Assembly (NCBI GenBank): GCA_951406725.2 | Contig: OX597834.1 | Coordinates: 42,036,001-42,100,000, forward strand | Source of the DNA: Octopus vulgaris | Taxonomy: Eukaryota | Direction of reading: 5' to 3' | Length of the DNA stretch: 64,000 nucleotides | Shown here: one piece after another, positions 27,022 to 40,882 of the stretch | Numbering within the stretch: the first letter of the stretch is position 1 | How the letters are laid out: each line of letters opens with the position of its first letter | Made by a program: the position numbers and the translations under genes | Notes under the pieces: model-generated | Database searches by the model: none | What the model saw: only the letters and a program-made list of their open reading frames with translations | Told to the model about the DNA's origin: nothing

Positions 27022-27735
27022 TACAAGCTTATATTCGGGTAATCTGATTTCATTAAAAAAAGAGATGGGATGTCAATAATGCTGTTTTCATATTTAAAAC
27101 TATTTAGTGGTTAGGTTGGTTGGCTGGTTAAGATATTTAAATATATTTAAATATAAATGGCGGTGCCCCAGCATGGCCACAGCTCAATGAGCTGAAACTA
27201 AAATCAATAAATCAATCAATAAATCAATATGTCTAGAAATAAAAGAGAGTGAGAAAACGAAGAAAGAAAGATTTGGACAGTACTCGCGTGTATGTGCGCA
27301 CGCACGCAGCTGTATATGCATGCACTAGCACTGTGACCCGGCGTTGCTGGGTCATAGTGCTAGTCTACAATAAAAGAGATTGCTAATTGTGAAATACCCA
27401 CGTCTACTCTTATTTCAACATAATTCTACGGTTTCTTTAATTCATTATCATAATTTAACGCCCGCTTGACACCGCCTAATTAGCAATAAATCAACTAATT
27501 GAATTTTCCGTTAAATTTGCATATCAATGATTATAAATGAGCCTATGAATAACTTTAATTATTCAGCTATTTTGCCTAAAAAGCAGGATTTTGTTAGTTG
27601 CATTCAGTATCCAATGTATTTGTATTAAAAAGACATTGAACATAAATTTTGTGGATTTCAATATTCGGTGCATTTGCACTAAAAAGACCTTGAAATACAG
27701 CTTTTTCATTCTGAACAAACACTGGATATGCTATT

Positions 27736-27814
<79 letters not shown>

Positions 27815-27852
27815 CTATCTATCTATCTATCCATCTATCTATATGTCTGTCC

Positions 27853-27893
<41 letters not shown>

Positions 27894-28307
27894 ATTTTGG
27901 CATAAGGAATTTTGAAGGGAGAAACTAGTCGGTTATACCGACCTTGGTATTTGACCGGTACATTATTTTATAGACCAGGAAAGGATGAAAGGTTAAGTTG
28001 ACTTCGGTGGGATTCGAACTCGGGGTGTAAAGCCGGAAGAAATGCCTCTAAATAATTCAGCCGATGTGCTAACGATTCTGCCAGCTCCCCGGCTTAATCC
28101 AAAATACGGGATTTAAAAAAAAAAAACTAAAAGACAAAGGCAGCCTAATGAGACACAGGTCCACCAAGATTTCCCTTTTGGATATTAAACGTGTGGTAAC
28201 AAGTTTGGTTCCGAACCGCATTGTTTCGGGTTCACCCTACTATAGCCTCAGGCCCACCAAAGCCTTGTAAGTGGATTCGGTAGACGGAAACTGAAAGAAG
28301 CCCGTCG

Positions 28308-28339
<32 letters not shown>

Positions 28340-28916
28340 AGTATTTATGTGTCTGTTTTTGTCTTCCTACCATCGCTTGACAACCGATGTTGGTGTATTT
28401 ACGTCTCCGTAACGATAGAATAAGTATTAAGCTTGCAAACAATAAGTGCTGGGGTCGATTTGTTCGACGGAAGGCGGTGCTCCAGCATGGCCGCAGTAAA
28501 ATGACTGAAACAAGTAAAAGAATGAAAGAATATCCTGTACAATTCTTATGCCTCAACTGATTTATTCTTCTGTTACGTTGCACTGACAGAATCGCCAGCA
28601 TGGCGCGCAAAAAGCTTAGTGGAGTTTCGCCTGGCCTTGCGACCCCACTTCAAATTCCGCCGAGGTTGACTCTGCTTTTCATCCTTTCGAAGTCGATAAA
28701 ATAAGTACCAGTTGAGCTCTGGGATCGATATAATCTACTAGACTCTACCCTACCAAAAAAATGTCAGGTCTTGTGCACATGGAAGGAAGCATTATGTTAA
28801 TAATATTAAAGGCGGCAAGGCGGCGAGCTGGCAGAAACGTTAGCACGCCGGGTGAAATGCTGAGCGGTATTTCGTCTGCCGCTACGTTCTGAGTTCAAAT
28901 TCTGCCGAGGTCGACT

Positions 28917-29352
28917 TTGACTTTGAAGAAAAAGAAAGACCCGCTTTAGTGAATCAAAAAGGAGTGATGTTTCATCGGGACAATGCGCGACCCCACACTG
29001 CAAAGAATACATCACAAGAAGATCGAAGGGCTTAGTTGGGAAAAAATTCGTCATCTACCTTATTCTCCCGACCTTACTCCTTCAGACTACCATTTGTTTC
29101 GTAGTTTACAGAATCATTTGGGGGACAACTTTCGCAAGATAAGGAAGAGGTCGAAACTGACATTTCAGAGTTCTTCGCTTTGAAACCAAAAAAGTTTTAC
29201 ATTGATGGGATTAAAAAGCTTGTAAATAGATGGAAGGAAGTCATAGATAACCAGGGAAAGTACATTGATGATTAAATTTCAATTAAGTATAACACTTGAT
29301 CACTTGTTTTCTTTATTCAATATTCGGACAGAACTTATGGGATGACCTGATA
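28917..29352 (+). mobile_element. 3' half of a mariner transposon (decayed DD34D transposase plus terminal sequence)
   Basis: FHRDNARPHTA and PYSPDLTPSDYHLFRSLQNHL. Ends GAACTTATGGGATGACCTGA-TA. Confidence 0.9.
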
Positions 29353-29584
29353 TATAAGGTTTTTGTTTTCCTTATTAATTTTTCCATCTATGGAAGTGCT
29401 TTTGCCCGATTTTCTAAAGCTATTTTTCACGGCTATTCTACGGCATTCGAGATCTTCTTAATTTTCTAAACAAACATCATGGCACCTCCTCGAAGTTTCA
29501 AGGTTTGTTTATATAATGCTCATTAAACAGATGATCACGCCTCCATATGCATATTTCTACTTAACCTATTCTGTAACGGTTCTC

Positions 29585-29634
<50 letters not shown>

Positions 29635-29644
29635 CACATGTATG

Positions 29645-29688
<44 letters not shown>

Positions 29689-29695
29689 AGACAGT

Positions 29696-30248
29696 GAAGG
29701 CGCGTGGCTTAGTGGTTAGGGTATTCAACTCACAGAAGGTGGTGAGCTGGCAGAAACGTTAGCACACCGGGCGAAATGCTTAGCGGTATTTCGTCTGCCG
29801 TTACGTTCTGAGTTCAAATTCCGCCCAGGTCGACTTTGCCTTTCATCCTTTCGGGGTCGATTAAATAAATACCAGTTACGCACTGGGGTCTATGTTAATC
29901 GACTTAATCCGTTTTGTCTGTCCTTGTTTGTCCCCTCTATGTTTAGCCCCTTGTGGGTTGTAAAGAAATAGGTATTCAACTCGCAGTTGTAAGGTCATGT
30001 GTTCAATTCGTGGCGGTGCGTTATGTTCTAGAACAAAACACTACTTCACTTTACACCAATCCACTCAGCTGGCAAAAAGGAATATGACACGTATTTCTAT
30101 AGGCCAACCTTGTCGCATCTTGTGTCACGCTGAATCTGCTTCTGGACTACGTTAAGAGTACACGTCTCTGTCGGGTGCTCAGCCACTTGCATGTTAATCT
30201 CATGGGCAGGCTGTTCCATTGATCGAATCAACTGCAACTCTGGTCGTC
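29696..30248 (+). mobile_element. SINE family D (tail X) with a family A SINE (29736-29970) nested in its head
   Basis: TSD GGTATTCAACTC(A/G)CAG at 29720-29735 and 29971-29986. Confidence 0.88.
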
Positions 30249-30468
30249 AGTGCTAATTAGTTATAAAACAATACGAGTCAAAATAAAGTATGAAAAATAA
30301 AAATATGATAACATATGGTAGATGAATTCAAAAGTACTATAGCATTAGTATTTGAGTATAATATATCCCATAGGGGAATCAGAAGGGATAATATCCATAT
30401 GAATAAATAAAAATTTATTATATTATACATTATATGTAGCGTAGCATGTATCCTTGTGAGGGAGTGCT

Positions 30469-30526
<58 letters not shown>

Positions 30527-30538
30527 TGTGTGTGTGTG

Positions 30539-30573
<35 letters not shown>

Positions 30574-30699
30574 CAATGTGAATTGTATCATTATATAAAT
30601 TATACGTATAACCTGAACTCTTATTCCATTCTGGATCACAACTGTGCGAAGAATGGGAGGAGTTTTTTTGTGATATTTTAGTGATGTTTTAGCAGCTTT

Positions 30700-30730
30700 A
30701 ATAATAATAATAATGATGATGATGATGATG

Positions 30731-30798
<68 letters not shown>

Positions 30799-30810
30799 TT
30801 AATAATAATA
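30700..30810. repeat. (TAA)n/(TGA)n microsatellite
   Basis: Direct observation. Confidence 0.97.
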
Positions 30811-31600
30811 AAAGATGTTCAAATCCAATGCCAAATCATTTTACAGGGAAATAGGGAAAGAAAAAATAACCATTGAAAATCCACCCCTAATGGAAGAAGT
30901 TGAAAACTTTTGGAAGGGGATCTGGAGTAATGAGAAACCATACAATGAAAATGCAGAGTGGATCAAACGCACCCAAGATGCCTACAAAAATCTACAAGAA
31001 CAGGTATGGGAAGACATCCCAATCGCCGACCTAAGGAGGGCACTAACGAAGGCTCATAAGTGGAAATCCCCTGGTATTGACAGAGTACCAAATTTCTGGC
31101 TCTGATCACTCTCGTCCGCACAAAAAATGTTAGTAATACTATTTAATAGTATTATGAAAGACCCGGAAAAACTCCCCATTGGATGGCAAATGGCATTACT
31201 TACCTCTTCCCCAAAAATAACGAAACGAAAGACCCCAAAAAACTACCGGCCTATAACATGTTTGTCTACTACCTATAAGATTTTGACATCTATTTTAGTG
31301 GAGAAAACATATACGTTTATGGAAGAGAATAACCTCTTTCCCACTGAACAAAAAGGATGCAGACGAGGCTCATACGGATGCAAAGATCAGCTCCTAATTA
31401 ATCGCATGGTCCTTGAGAACTGTCACAACAAGCGCAGGAATCTCAGCTCTTCATGGATTGATTACAAAAGAGCCTTTGACAGCATACCACATTCGTGGAT
31501 TCTGAAATCGCTGGACATTTTCAAAATTTCTCCTGTGATTTCAGATTTTTTAAAGTATAATATGTCACTATGGAACACAAAGCTCCTATTATATCATTCT
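30811..31600 (+). pseudogene. Non-LTR retrotransposon reverse transcriptase fragment, R4/Dong-like
   Basis: WKSPGIDRVPNFWL, YRPITCLSTTYKILT, EQKGCRRGSYGCKDQLLIN, WIDYKRAFDSIPHSWI. Contains a stop and a frameshift, and ends before the YxDD motif. Confidence 0.9.
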
Positions 31601-31617
31601 ATACCAAATATATATAC

Positions 31618-31664
<47 letters not shown>

Positions 31665-31894
31665 CAAATATATACGTATTATTTTGCACATTACTTAATC
31701 ATCGTTATATGTTTTGTCTTATATTTAATCTTTCTATAATATGTAATTTTTCTAGATGGTATAATTTAATTTTTCATTATTGAATTGATAAAAGGTGTTT
31801 TTTTTTCTAATTAATATATATATTATACTTTGTGAAATTTGATTTAGTATTTCTAAATTGAATTTTTCCCTGTAAGTTTGGAATAATATTCTCT

Positions 31895-31934
<40 letters not shown>

Positions 31935-31955
31935 CATATATATATATATATATAA

Positions 31956-31993
<38 letters not shown>

Positions 31994-32047
31994 TCACATA
32001 TTAGATATATATTATATGTATATATGTTTATGTATATATGCATGTAT

Positions 32048-32086
<39 letters not shown>

Positions 32087-32543
32087 TGTAAGTATGTAGT
32101 TAGAAGTTCAATGGTTTGAAGTTCATTAATGCGTTTTTTGGTCTATCGTGTTATTGCTATCAAAGAAACACGTTTCTATAGACGTAGACATTCTGTCACA
32201 TGCCGTCACATACGTACACATGCACACACACACACACAAACATACAAACACACATACACAAATATACACATATATATATATATATATATATATTAATAAA
32301 TAAAACATATGCATATATATAAACATATATGTACGTACCTACCTCTACATGTACATATACACGCATATATAAGTACAGGACACCCAAAAAAACGTCGAAC
32401 ACAATGAGAAACGAAAACATAGACACAAACCCAAGGAACTGGACATTTTTTTAAACAACAAAAAAATAGAGTACAGGACAATTAACACAAAGAAAAAACC
32501 CCTTCTTCAGTCGCCATGGTTTCATCTACTCTACGTTTCGAAG

Positions 32544-33036
<493 letters not shown>

Positions 33037-33509
33037 ATGTGTGCAACCATGTATCTCTTCTACACCTGTTTCTGTTCTCTTTCTTGTTATCTCTTTCACC
33101 CGCTCCCCACCCCCTCTCTCTCTCCCCCTCTCTCTCTATAGCAAGACACCTGTTTCTGCCGCTTTATCTCTCTCTTGCACTCTCTAACCTTCCATCACCT
33201 GACAGAAGATCAGCTCAACCAATGTCCCCACCCGTCTCAGTAATTCCTTGTCTTGCAAATGACTTCACGACCCTACCAATGCTGGTGCCATGTAAAAAAG
33301 CATCCAGTCTACCCTGTGACATATTTGGCATTTGGAAGGGAATCCAGCTGTTACAACCATGCCAAGACTGACCACACCTGTCCTGGCCCCACGTAAAAAA
33401 GCACTCAGTCCATTCTGCTGGGTGGTTGGTGTTACGAAAGGCATCCAACCTTAAAATCCGTGTCAAAACAGACACAAAAACCTGGTGTAGTCTTCTACCT
33501 GGCTGGCTC

Positions 33510-34289
33510 GTAAAATTTTTTTCCCCACGAGAGTTCCAGACACAAATTTTTATTTTTCCCATGAGAGTTCCAGATCTCATTAATGAACTCATTTGCATAC
33601 AGCCAATCAGAGCTCACCTTGACCTTGTCGTCGACTTAACAAACACACCCCACCAAGTAAACGCAAGACGAAGAACGATGTTTTAAGTCGACCGATCGCC
33701 AAGTTTTGCCTGATTTCAGAAGGAGACAAGAAATTAGATAGATTTGCTCCACTGCTATGGGAAGTGGGTCAGGGGCATTACTTACTGAACGCCCCTCGTA
33801 GATGTCAAAATCTTATAGGTAGTAGACAAACATGTTATAGGCCGGTAGTTTTTTGGGTCTTTCGTTTCGTTATTTTTGGGGAGGAGGTAAGTAATACCAT
33901 TTGCCATCCAATGGGGAGTTTTTTCCGGGTCTTTCATAATACAATTAAATAGTATTATCGGATTTTGCTCAGGGCCTCATATGGTAAGGATGTGGATGGG
34001 GAAAATGTGGGTAGAGGGTGATGTGCTAACAACCCTCTCCTTCTTACTGTTTTACAAAATAAACAACACAAATAACTACGCAGAGGCAGCCACGGTTGGA
34101 ACAAGAACAAGAAAACAAGCATTCTTAAAAGAGAAAAGAAGCACGGTCATTCCTTACCCAAGGGATCTTATCTTGTGGTCCATCATTTGTTATGCGCTCA
34201 TAAATTAGTTTAATAGTTGAGCTCTGATTGGCTGTATGCAAATGAGTTCATAACTGAGATCCGGAACTCTCGTGGGAAGAAAATTTCGT
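33510..34289. mobile_element. MITE with long TIRs and 9-bp TSD (Mutator-like)
   Basis: TIR cores at ~33555-33617 and 34218-34280. TSD GGCTGGCTC at 33501-33509 and 34290-34298. Partial second copy at 55286-55570. Confidence 0.8.
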
Positions 34290-34332
34290 GGCTGGCTCCT
34301 GTCAAACTGTTCAACCCACGCCAGCATATAAA

Positions 34333-34388
<56 letters not shown>

Positions 34389-35350
34389 ATATGTGTGTTT
34401 ATGTATGTGTCTTTGTGTCTGTGTTTGTTCCTCTCTACTGCTTGACAACTGGTGTTGGTATGTTTACATCCCTGTAACTTAGCAGTTCAGCAAAAGAGAC
34501 AGGTTTTAAGAAACAAAAAAAGGAAAACCCAAAAACCAAATGAAATACTCTGAAGATCTGAGAGAATGGGTGAGCCAAGCTCTCTCAATTACAGTCTTAT
34601 CCAGAAGAACTGAAAAGTATTTTTAAATGAAAATAATACGGTGTAAAATAATGTAGGTGTAGGAGTGGCATTGTGGTATGTAGCTTGCTTACTGAAGATA
34701 TGGATCTAGGTTCAGTCCCACTGCATGGCACGTTGGGCAAGTGTCTTCTGCTATAGCAGAATTTTTATGGCTTTGTATAAACTTACAACCATCTAAAAAA
34801 TTTTCTATCAACACTAGAATTTCCATGGGTTCTGCAAGTAAAATTATTGAAGGAATTGTATAAATTTATAAGCAAAAATGATACTTTTAACACGTGTAAT
34901 TGTATAATTGTTCATGCACCAAGTCAAACGACCACACCAGTTTATCTTTACTCTGCTATCGATTTACAGAGAAACAATCTGTCTGCACAACTGATAGAGA
35001 AAGTGGGTCTTTGTCTGATAAGATCAGTTTATCATCTCATCATATGAAACTTGATCTGGTTTTTAATTCTAGTAGACAGTGGGACATTGGAATTACACTG
35101 TGACCCTGGACTTTCTCTTATTGTTACCTTAGAATTAACAATAGGGGAAGGGAGGTGGAGGTGGTGGTGGTGGTGGGTGTTCTCACATTTATGAACCAAT
35201 TAATGAAATTCTACGCGGACATTGAATCTGCTAGAAATAACAGCTTAAATTCCATCTAATTGCATCCAACCACGTTGCAAAAAGAAACAAAAAAAGTCCC
35301 CCCCCACTCTATGAACTAAACCTTTTTTTCCTCTCCACCATATATACATA

Positions 35351-35811
<461 letters not shown>

Positions 35812-35846
35812 ACATGCATACATGCATACATGCATACATACATACA

Positions 35847-35880
<34 letters not shown>

Positions 35881-36283
35881 CATATACATATATATCTATA
35901 TAAATATGTACAGATATGTGTGTATACATATTTATCTATCTATTTACTAATTTATAATTATTTAAATATATGTGTATATGTTTATGTTAGCATCAGAGGT
36001 CTCCCCTTTTAATGAACTTCAATTCTCTGGCAGCAGACAACTAGGCTAGGCTGCCCCACAAAGAAGGACAGGGTATTTTGAATCCTTTCTGCCCGTACAG
36101 ACCACAGCCTACTCATGTTGGTCATGCAACCTCAACTGTAACCCAATGCCAACAAATTTCAGGTGGGAAATTCATATGCCATAGAAATTGGGAAAGGAAC
36201 TTTGTTCAACTAAAACCCTTCAAGGCCATACCCCAGCATGGCCACAGTAAAATGACTGAAACAAATAAAAGGTAAAGGACATA

Positions 36284-37138
36284 CAGGGTGGCCCCAAAGT
36301 AGGTTTACAGTTACCACGTGGGCACTTTAAATTTCTTTTAAAACATTTTATTTAAATTTCTATCTTACAAGCTGAAAAGAGAGCTTCCATGCTGCCAACA
36401 AAGCACGCGGAGTTCTGTTCTTGATTCGACGGTCATTCGGAATGCTCACAGCAGCCATATTCCTACCGCTCTATGTCACGCTGATGAGACCCATATTGGA
36501 GTACGGGATTCAAGCCTCTTCTCCTTATCTCCTCAAAGACTACAGCATCTCGAAAGAGTCCAGAAGCTGGCTACCCGCATGGTTCTTGGTCTCAAGAATT
36601 TGTCTTATGAAGAAAGGCTGAAGACGCTCGACCTTTATTCTCTAGAAAAACGACGACGCCGTGGTGATCTCATTCTTGCTCACAACATCATAAGCAGAAA
36701 GTGTAACCTCTCGAAAGAGCTGTTCTTCACTCCTGCTCAAGAGCGTCGGCTGCGGGGTCATTCCGAAAAGCTCTATCTGCGACGATTTCATCTCAATCGA
36801 AGGAGAGGGGCTTTCTCTGTCCGGGTTGCGGCTCCGTGGAATAAGCTGCCGGACGAGATAGTGAAGATGCCGACGACCGCTCGGTTCAAAGTCTCCCTTG
36901 ACCACAAGTGGCCTGAACTCTTTACATGAACACCACCCTGTACATAACTCCATGTCCCCCTACATGGCCTTGCTTTTTGCTTTTTGAGCCAAAAAATTAA
37001 CTAACTAACTAACTAACTAACTAAATTAGCGTAGAATAATGGTTTCATATTTTTTTTATAATTAAGGTCTAAACTGTAAATATATGAATGCGAAAGAGAT
37101 AACTGAATAACTGTAAACCTACTTTTGGACCACCTCTA
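36284..37138. mobile_element. Tc1/mariner MITE hosting a CR1 fragment
   Basis: TIRs CAGGGTGGCCCCAAAGTAGGTTTACAGTT / AACTGTAAACCTACTTTTGGACCACC with flanking TA. Confidence 0.8.
36385..37023 (+). mobile_element. 5'-truncated CR1-like LINE 3' end
   Basis: LYVTLMRPILEYG, LSYEERLKTLDLYSLEKRRRRGDLI, FSVRVAAPWNKLP; short 3' UTR; (TAAC)n tail. Confidence 0.92.
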
Positions 37139-37283
37139 TACACATATGCACACACATACATACTCATATACACTCACCCCCACACATGTTAGAACATATA
37201 TCAATATAACCTATTAATCAATGTTTCAAAACAAATGTCTTTTTCCTGAACTGGAATGAAATTCAAGACTGCTTGTATTTACA

Positions 37284-37430
37284 TCAAAGATATTTAGCCA
37301 TATGCATACAAGGTGCTAACAATTCAGTTCTTTTGTTCAAACTGTTACTGCTTTGAGTCAAAGTTCTCAATTTTTCACTCAGACAAAAGTCGCACAAAGT
37401 CTTGTAATTTATTGCTTCCTCTAAGTAAAT
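37284..37430 (-). pseudogene. Penelope-like element GIY-YIG C-terminal remnant
   Basis: CDFCLSEK...LNKRTELLAPCMH matches the C.LCL.EK...LNKRSEL...CRH end of PLE ORFs. Confidence 0.75.
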
Positions 37431-37450
37431 GAACAGAAATTTATATATAG

Positions 37451-37522
<72 letters not shown>

Positions 37523-37668
37523 CAGTAAAACAATTAAGATTCAAGTGAGTTCCAATGAATTCGCATGAATGTGGTACTTAACTTATATGCACCAGAAATC
37601 TTTATGGTATTAACCATAAAATAATGTGGGGTGATTATAAACAGGAAAAAAGCAACAAGAATGGATTA

Positions 37669-37765
37669 GTTGTTCAGTACAATTGTTTCATACGAAGAAC
37701 AGATTTATTAAAAGCTGCAAATATTGCAGCAAATACAAGTGTCCCGTATTCATCAGCCAAAACAC
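37669..37765 (-). ncRNA. Minimal type I hammerhead ribozyme motif
   Basis: CUGAUGA (37750-37756), 7-bp stem II AUACGGG/UUCGUAU, GAAA (37686-37689), C-AAUU-G palindromic stem III, GUA triplet (37678-37680), imperfect stem I. Confidence 0.7.
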
Positions 37766-37945
37766 ATATGAGTTTTCCAAACATCCTAGGGCGTGAGGCT
37801 ACACTCATGAAGTATCGAAGAGAGTTCTATGAAAAGCAAAGTTAGATTGTAAGCAGACTTAAAATGTTCTCTAATGATGCACAGTTTTATAAAAGGTTTT
37901 TAAAAAAAGTTTGTTAGCTTCACAGAAGAGGTAAATCCATCATAT

Positions 37946-38026
<81 letters not shown>

Positions 38027-38189
38027 TATATATATATATATGTTGAGGTTATAAGAAGTAATGGTGTCATTGAGACCCAAAGGTGTCAGGTAATGCTGAA
38101 TAAATGCTATAGACAGACCAAAATTAAGTTCCAGGTTCAGTAATTTTGTGAATAAGGGGTTCAACTTTGGTTCTATGTCAGCACGTGAT

Positions 38190-38307
38190 TATAAGAATTT
38201 TTTGCGTAATGAGATAAAAAACCAAGGGTGTGTAGACCTTCTATTTATAAATGTTCTAATATCTACACAGCCTTGGTTTTTTATCTCATTACACAAAAAA
38301 TTCCTAT
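38190..38307. repeat. Inverted repeat, ~47-bp arms, ~25-nt spacer
   Basis: TATAAGAATTTTTTGCGTAATGAGATAAAAAACCAAGG.. / ..CCTTGGTTTTTTATCTCATTACACAAAAAATTCCTATA. Confidence 0.92.
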
Positions 38308-38503
38308 ATATATATATATATGGCGATTTTTTTTCCTCTGTCTTCCCTTCTCTGGATCTTTCCTTCTCCTATGTTTCCGACGAAGAACTCCGCTCGAAAG
38401 GTTAAACCCTCCTTCTTTCCTTCTTTCCTGACCGTCCAATAATACTATATTTGTTCCACGTCCTCGCGTTGTTGTGTTTGTTTGTGCTTTCTTGTTTGGA
38501 TTA

Positions 38504-38553
<50 letters not shown>

Positions 38554-38667
38554 TTCAGATGAATATGGTACTTAAGTTGAGGCACCAGAATTTAGTACAG
38601 TATTATCCATACAATTTCAAAATAAGATGATTAAAATCAAAATAAGCAACAAGGATATCCAGAGTCA

Positions 38668-38758
38668 AATGAGTACGATCGTTTCATGCAACTCCATTTA
38701 ATTACATTAATTACAATCATTACATCAGTTTAAAACGCAGAGCAATCTTCAGCTGCAC
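38668..38758 (-). ncRNA. Degenerate hammerhead ribozyme motif, paralogous to 37.7 kb
   Basis: CUGAAGA (38746-38752)...GAAA-C-GAUC-G-UA (38674-38685). Stems I and II are weakened. Confidence 0.5.
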
Positions 38759-39198
38759 AAAGACATAGAATTTAATCAAATTAGAACAGATGGACACATT
38801 AGTATAATTATACCTAAAATCTTCAAGAGGTTAAGGAGATAGACAACGAACATGCTCTTCTGACTCCATGTATGTGGGAAGTATGTGAACCTGCGTTCTT
38901 TCAGTAACAAACGATGATCGATGTCACATCCCAAAAGACAAGCACTAGATAACATTGACAAGCGTATTAATTTGATTTACCATCCATATTCTATCTTTTG
39001 TCCTTATTCATATATAAAATACTACAATTAGCCGCCATTTTCGACACCATTGGGCCAGCTAGTAGACATATACTTACTTAATACCAGTGGAGTGTTTTTT
39101 CCATAGGCACACCTACGCAAGTAGGCCCTTGACTTTATTTCCTCATATCTTCCAGGAAAGGGGATATTTTCCGGTAAAATTTTCTACAAATTGTTGAA

Positions 39199-39612
39199 TG
39201 CGTAGGAGTGGCTGTGTGGTAAGTAGCTTGCTTACCAACCACATGGTTCCGGGTTCAGTCCCACTGCGTAGCACCTTGGGCAAGTGTCTTCTACTATAGC
39301 CTTGGGCCGACCAAAGCCTTGTCAGTGGATTTGGTAGATGGAAACTGAAAGAAGCCTGTCGTATATATGTATATATATGTATATGTATGTGTGTGTGTAT
39401 ATGTTTGTGTGTCTGTGATTGTCCCCCAACATCGATTGACAAGCAATGCTGGTGTGTTTGCGTCTCTGTAACTTAGCAGTTCGGCAAAAGAGACCGATAG
39501 AATAAGTACTAGGCTTCCAAAGAATAAGTCCTGGGATCGATTTGCTCGACTAAAGGTAGTGCTCCAGCATGGCCGCAGTCAAATGACCGAAGCAAGTAAA
39601 AGAGTAAAGAGT
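39199..39612 (+). mobile_element. Full-length SINE family B
   Basis: Match to family B. Confidence 0.9.
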
Positions 39613-40745
39613 AAATATATTTCAGATGATGGTGTGGAATTTATGGTGGAAAATATTTTCTACAATTAGAGTCTTTAGAAAATCCACAAAAGTCTGCGTA
39701 GAGAAATGAAAAGAACATTCCACTCGTACTAAGCAACTGTATGCCTACTTTTCACCCATTGCTATATTTAGGCCTAGGTCAGATCTTTGACCTCCGATCA
39801 CATGAATTTCAGTCACGACCATGTCATCCTACGCTAGGATATCTTCAGTGGTGATGTTTTGACACATCACGTGATCTGTCGGCTAATTAACTAAAGTCAA
39901 CCTGGCCAAGGGAGGACGATATCTGCAAATATCTTCTATTGATTCTTATGTTGCTAATATGACATTACATTGTTCACTCTATCCAGTTCTCGGCAACCTT
40001 AAACCAACAATGTTTGCGTAGCTTTATGTTGTTTGTCTGTAAATGTCAATAATCTTCACTGATATTCTCTATCATGTGCTTATCCCCCAATCTCTCCCTC
40101 CCTCTCTCTCCTTCGCCTCGCCTATGTTTCGCAGTAAAAAAAAAAACTTTTAAGTTTTAGGTGCAGCCTGAGTCAGCGAGTGAGCCTCTTCATGTTTGCT
40201 CAATCTGCTAGAAACAGCAGCTTTACCTGGGTTCACTTCACACACAGTATATATAATGATATATAATGTTGTTCTCGATGTTCATCAAATTAAGGGATGG
40301 TCATGGCTAGAATGTCTTTGAACATACATTTACTTGATCGGGACTGATGAGGCTGAAAACAAAAATAAACAATGAAATGAATACTTAAGGCTCTCTCAAA
40401 TGAAGGCAACAATATTAAGCTGAATATTTCTATATCAGTTTTGGACTGGAACTCTCCTTATTCGGGAGATACATTTTGTATTTGAGGTTTTTTATCTGAC
40501 AGGGCACTTGGTAACCCTGTTGGTGCTGGTGTCACACAAAATGTACTGGTGCCAGAGCCACGTAAAAGGGTCTGATGCTGGTGCCATGCCAGAAGCACTG
40601 GTGATGGTGCTATGAAAAAAAAACATCTCTTTTACCCTTTTACTCTTTTACTTGTTTCAGTCATTTGACTGTGGCCATGCTGAAGCACCGCCTTTAGTCG
40701 GTATATATATATGTATATATATATATGTATATGTATATACATATG

Positions 40746-40807
<62 letters not shown>

Positions 40808-40820
40808 CATACATACATAC

Positions 40821-40855
<35 letters not shown>

Positions 40856-40882
40856 CGTATATATATTTATATATATATATGC

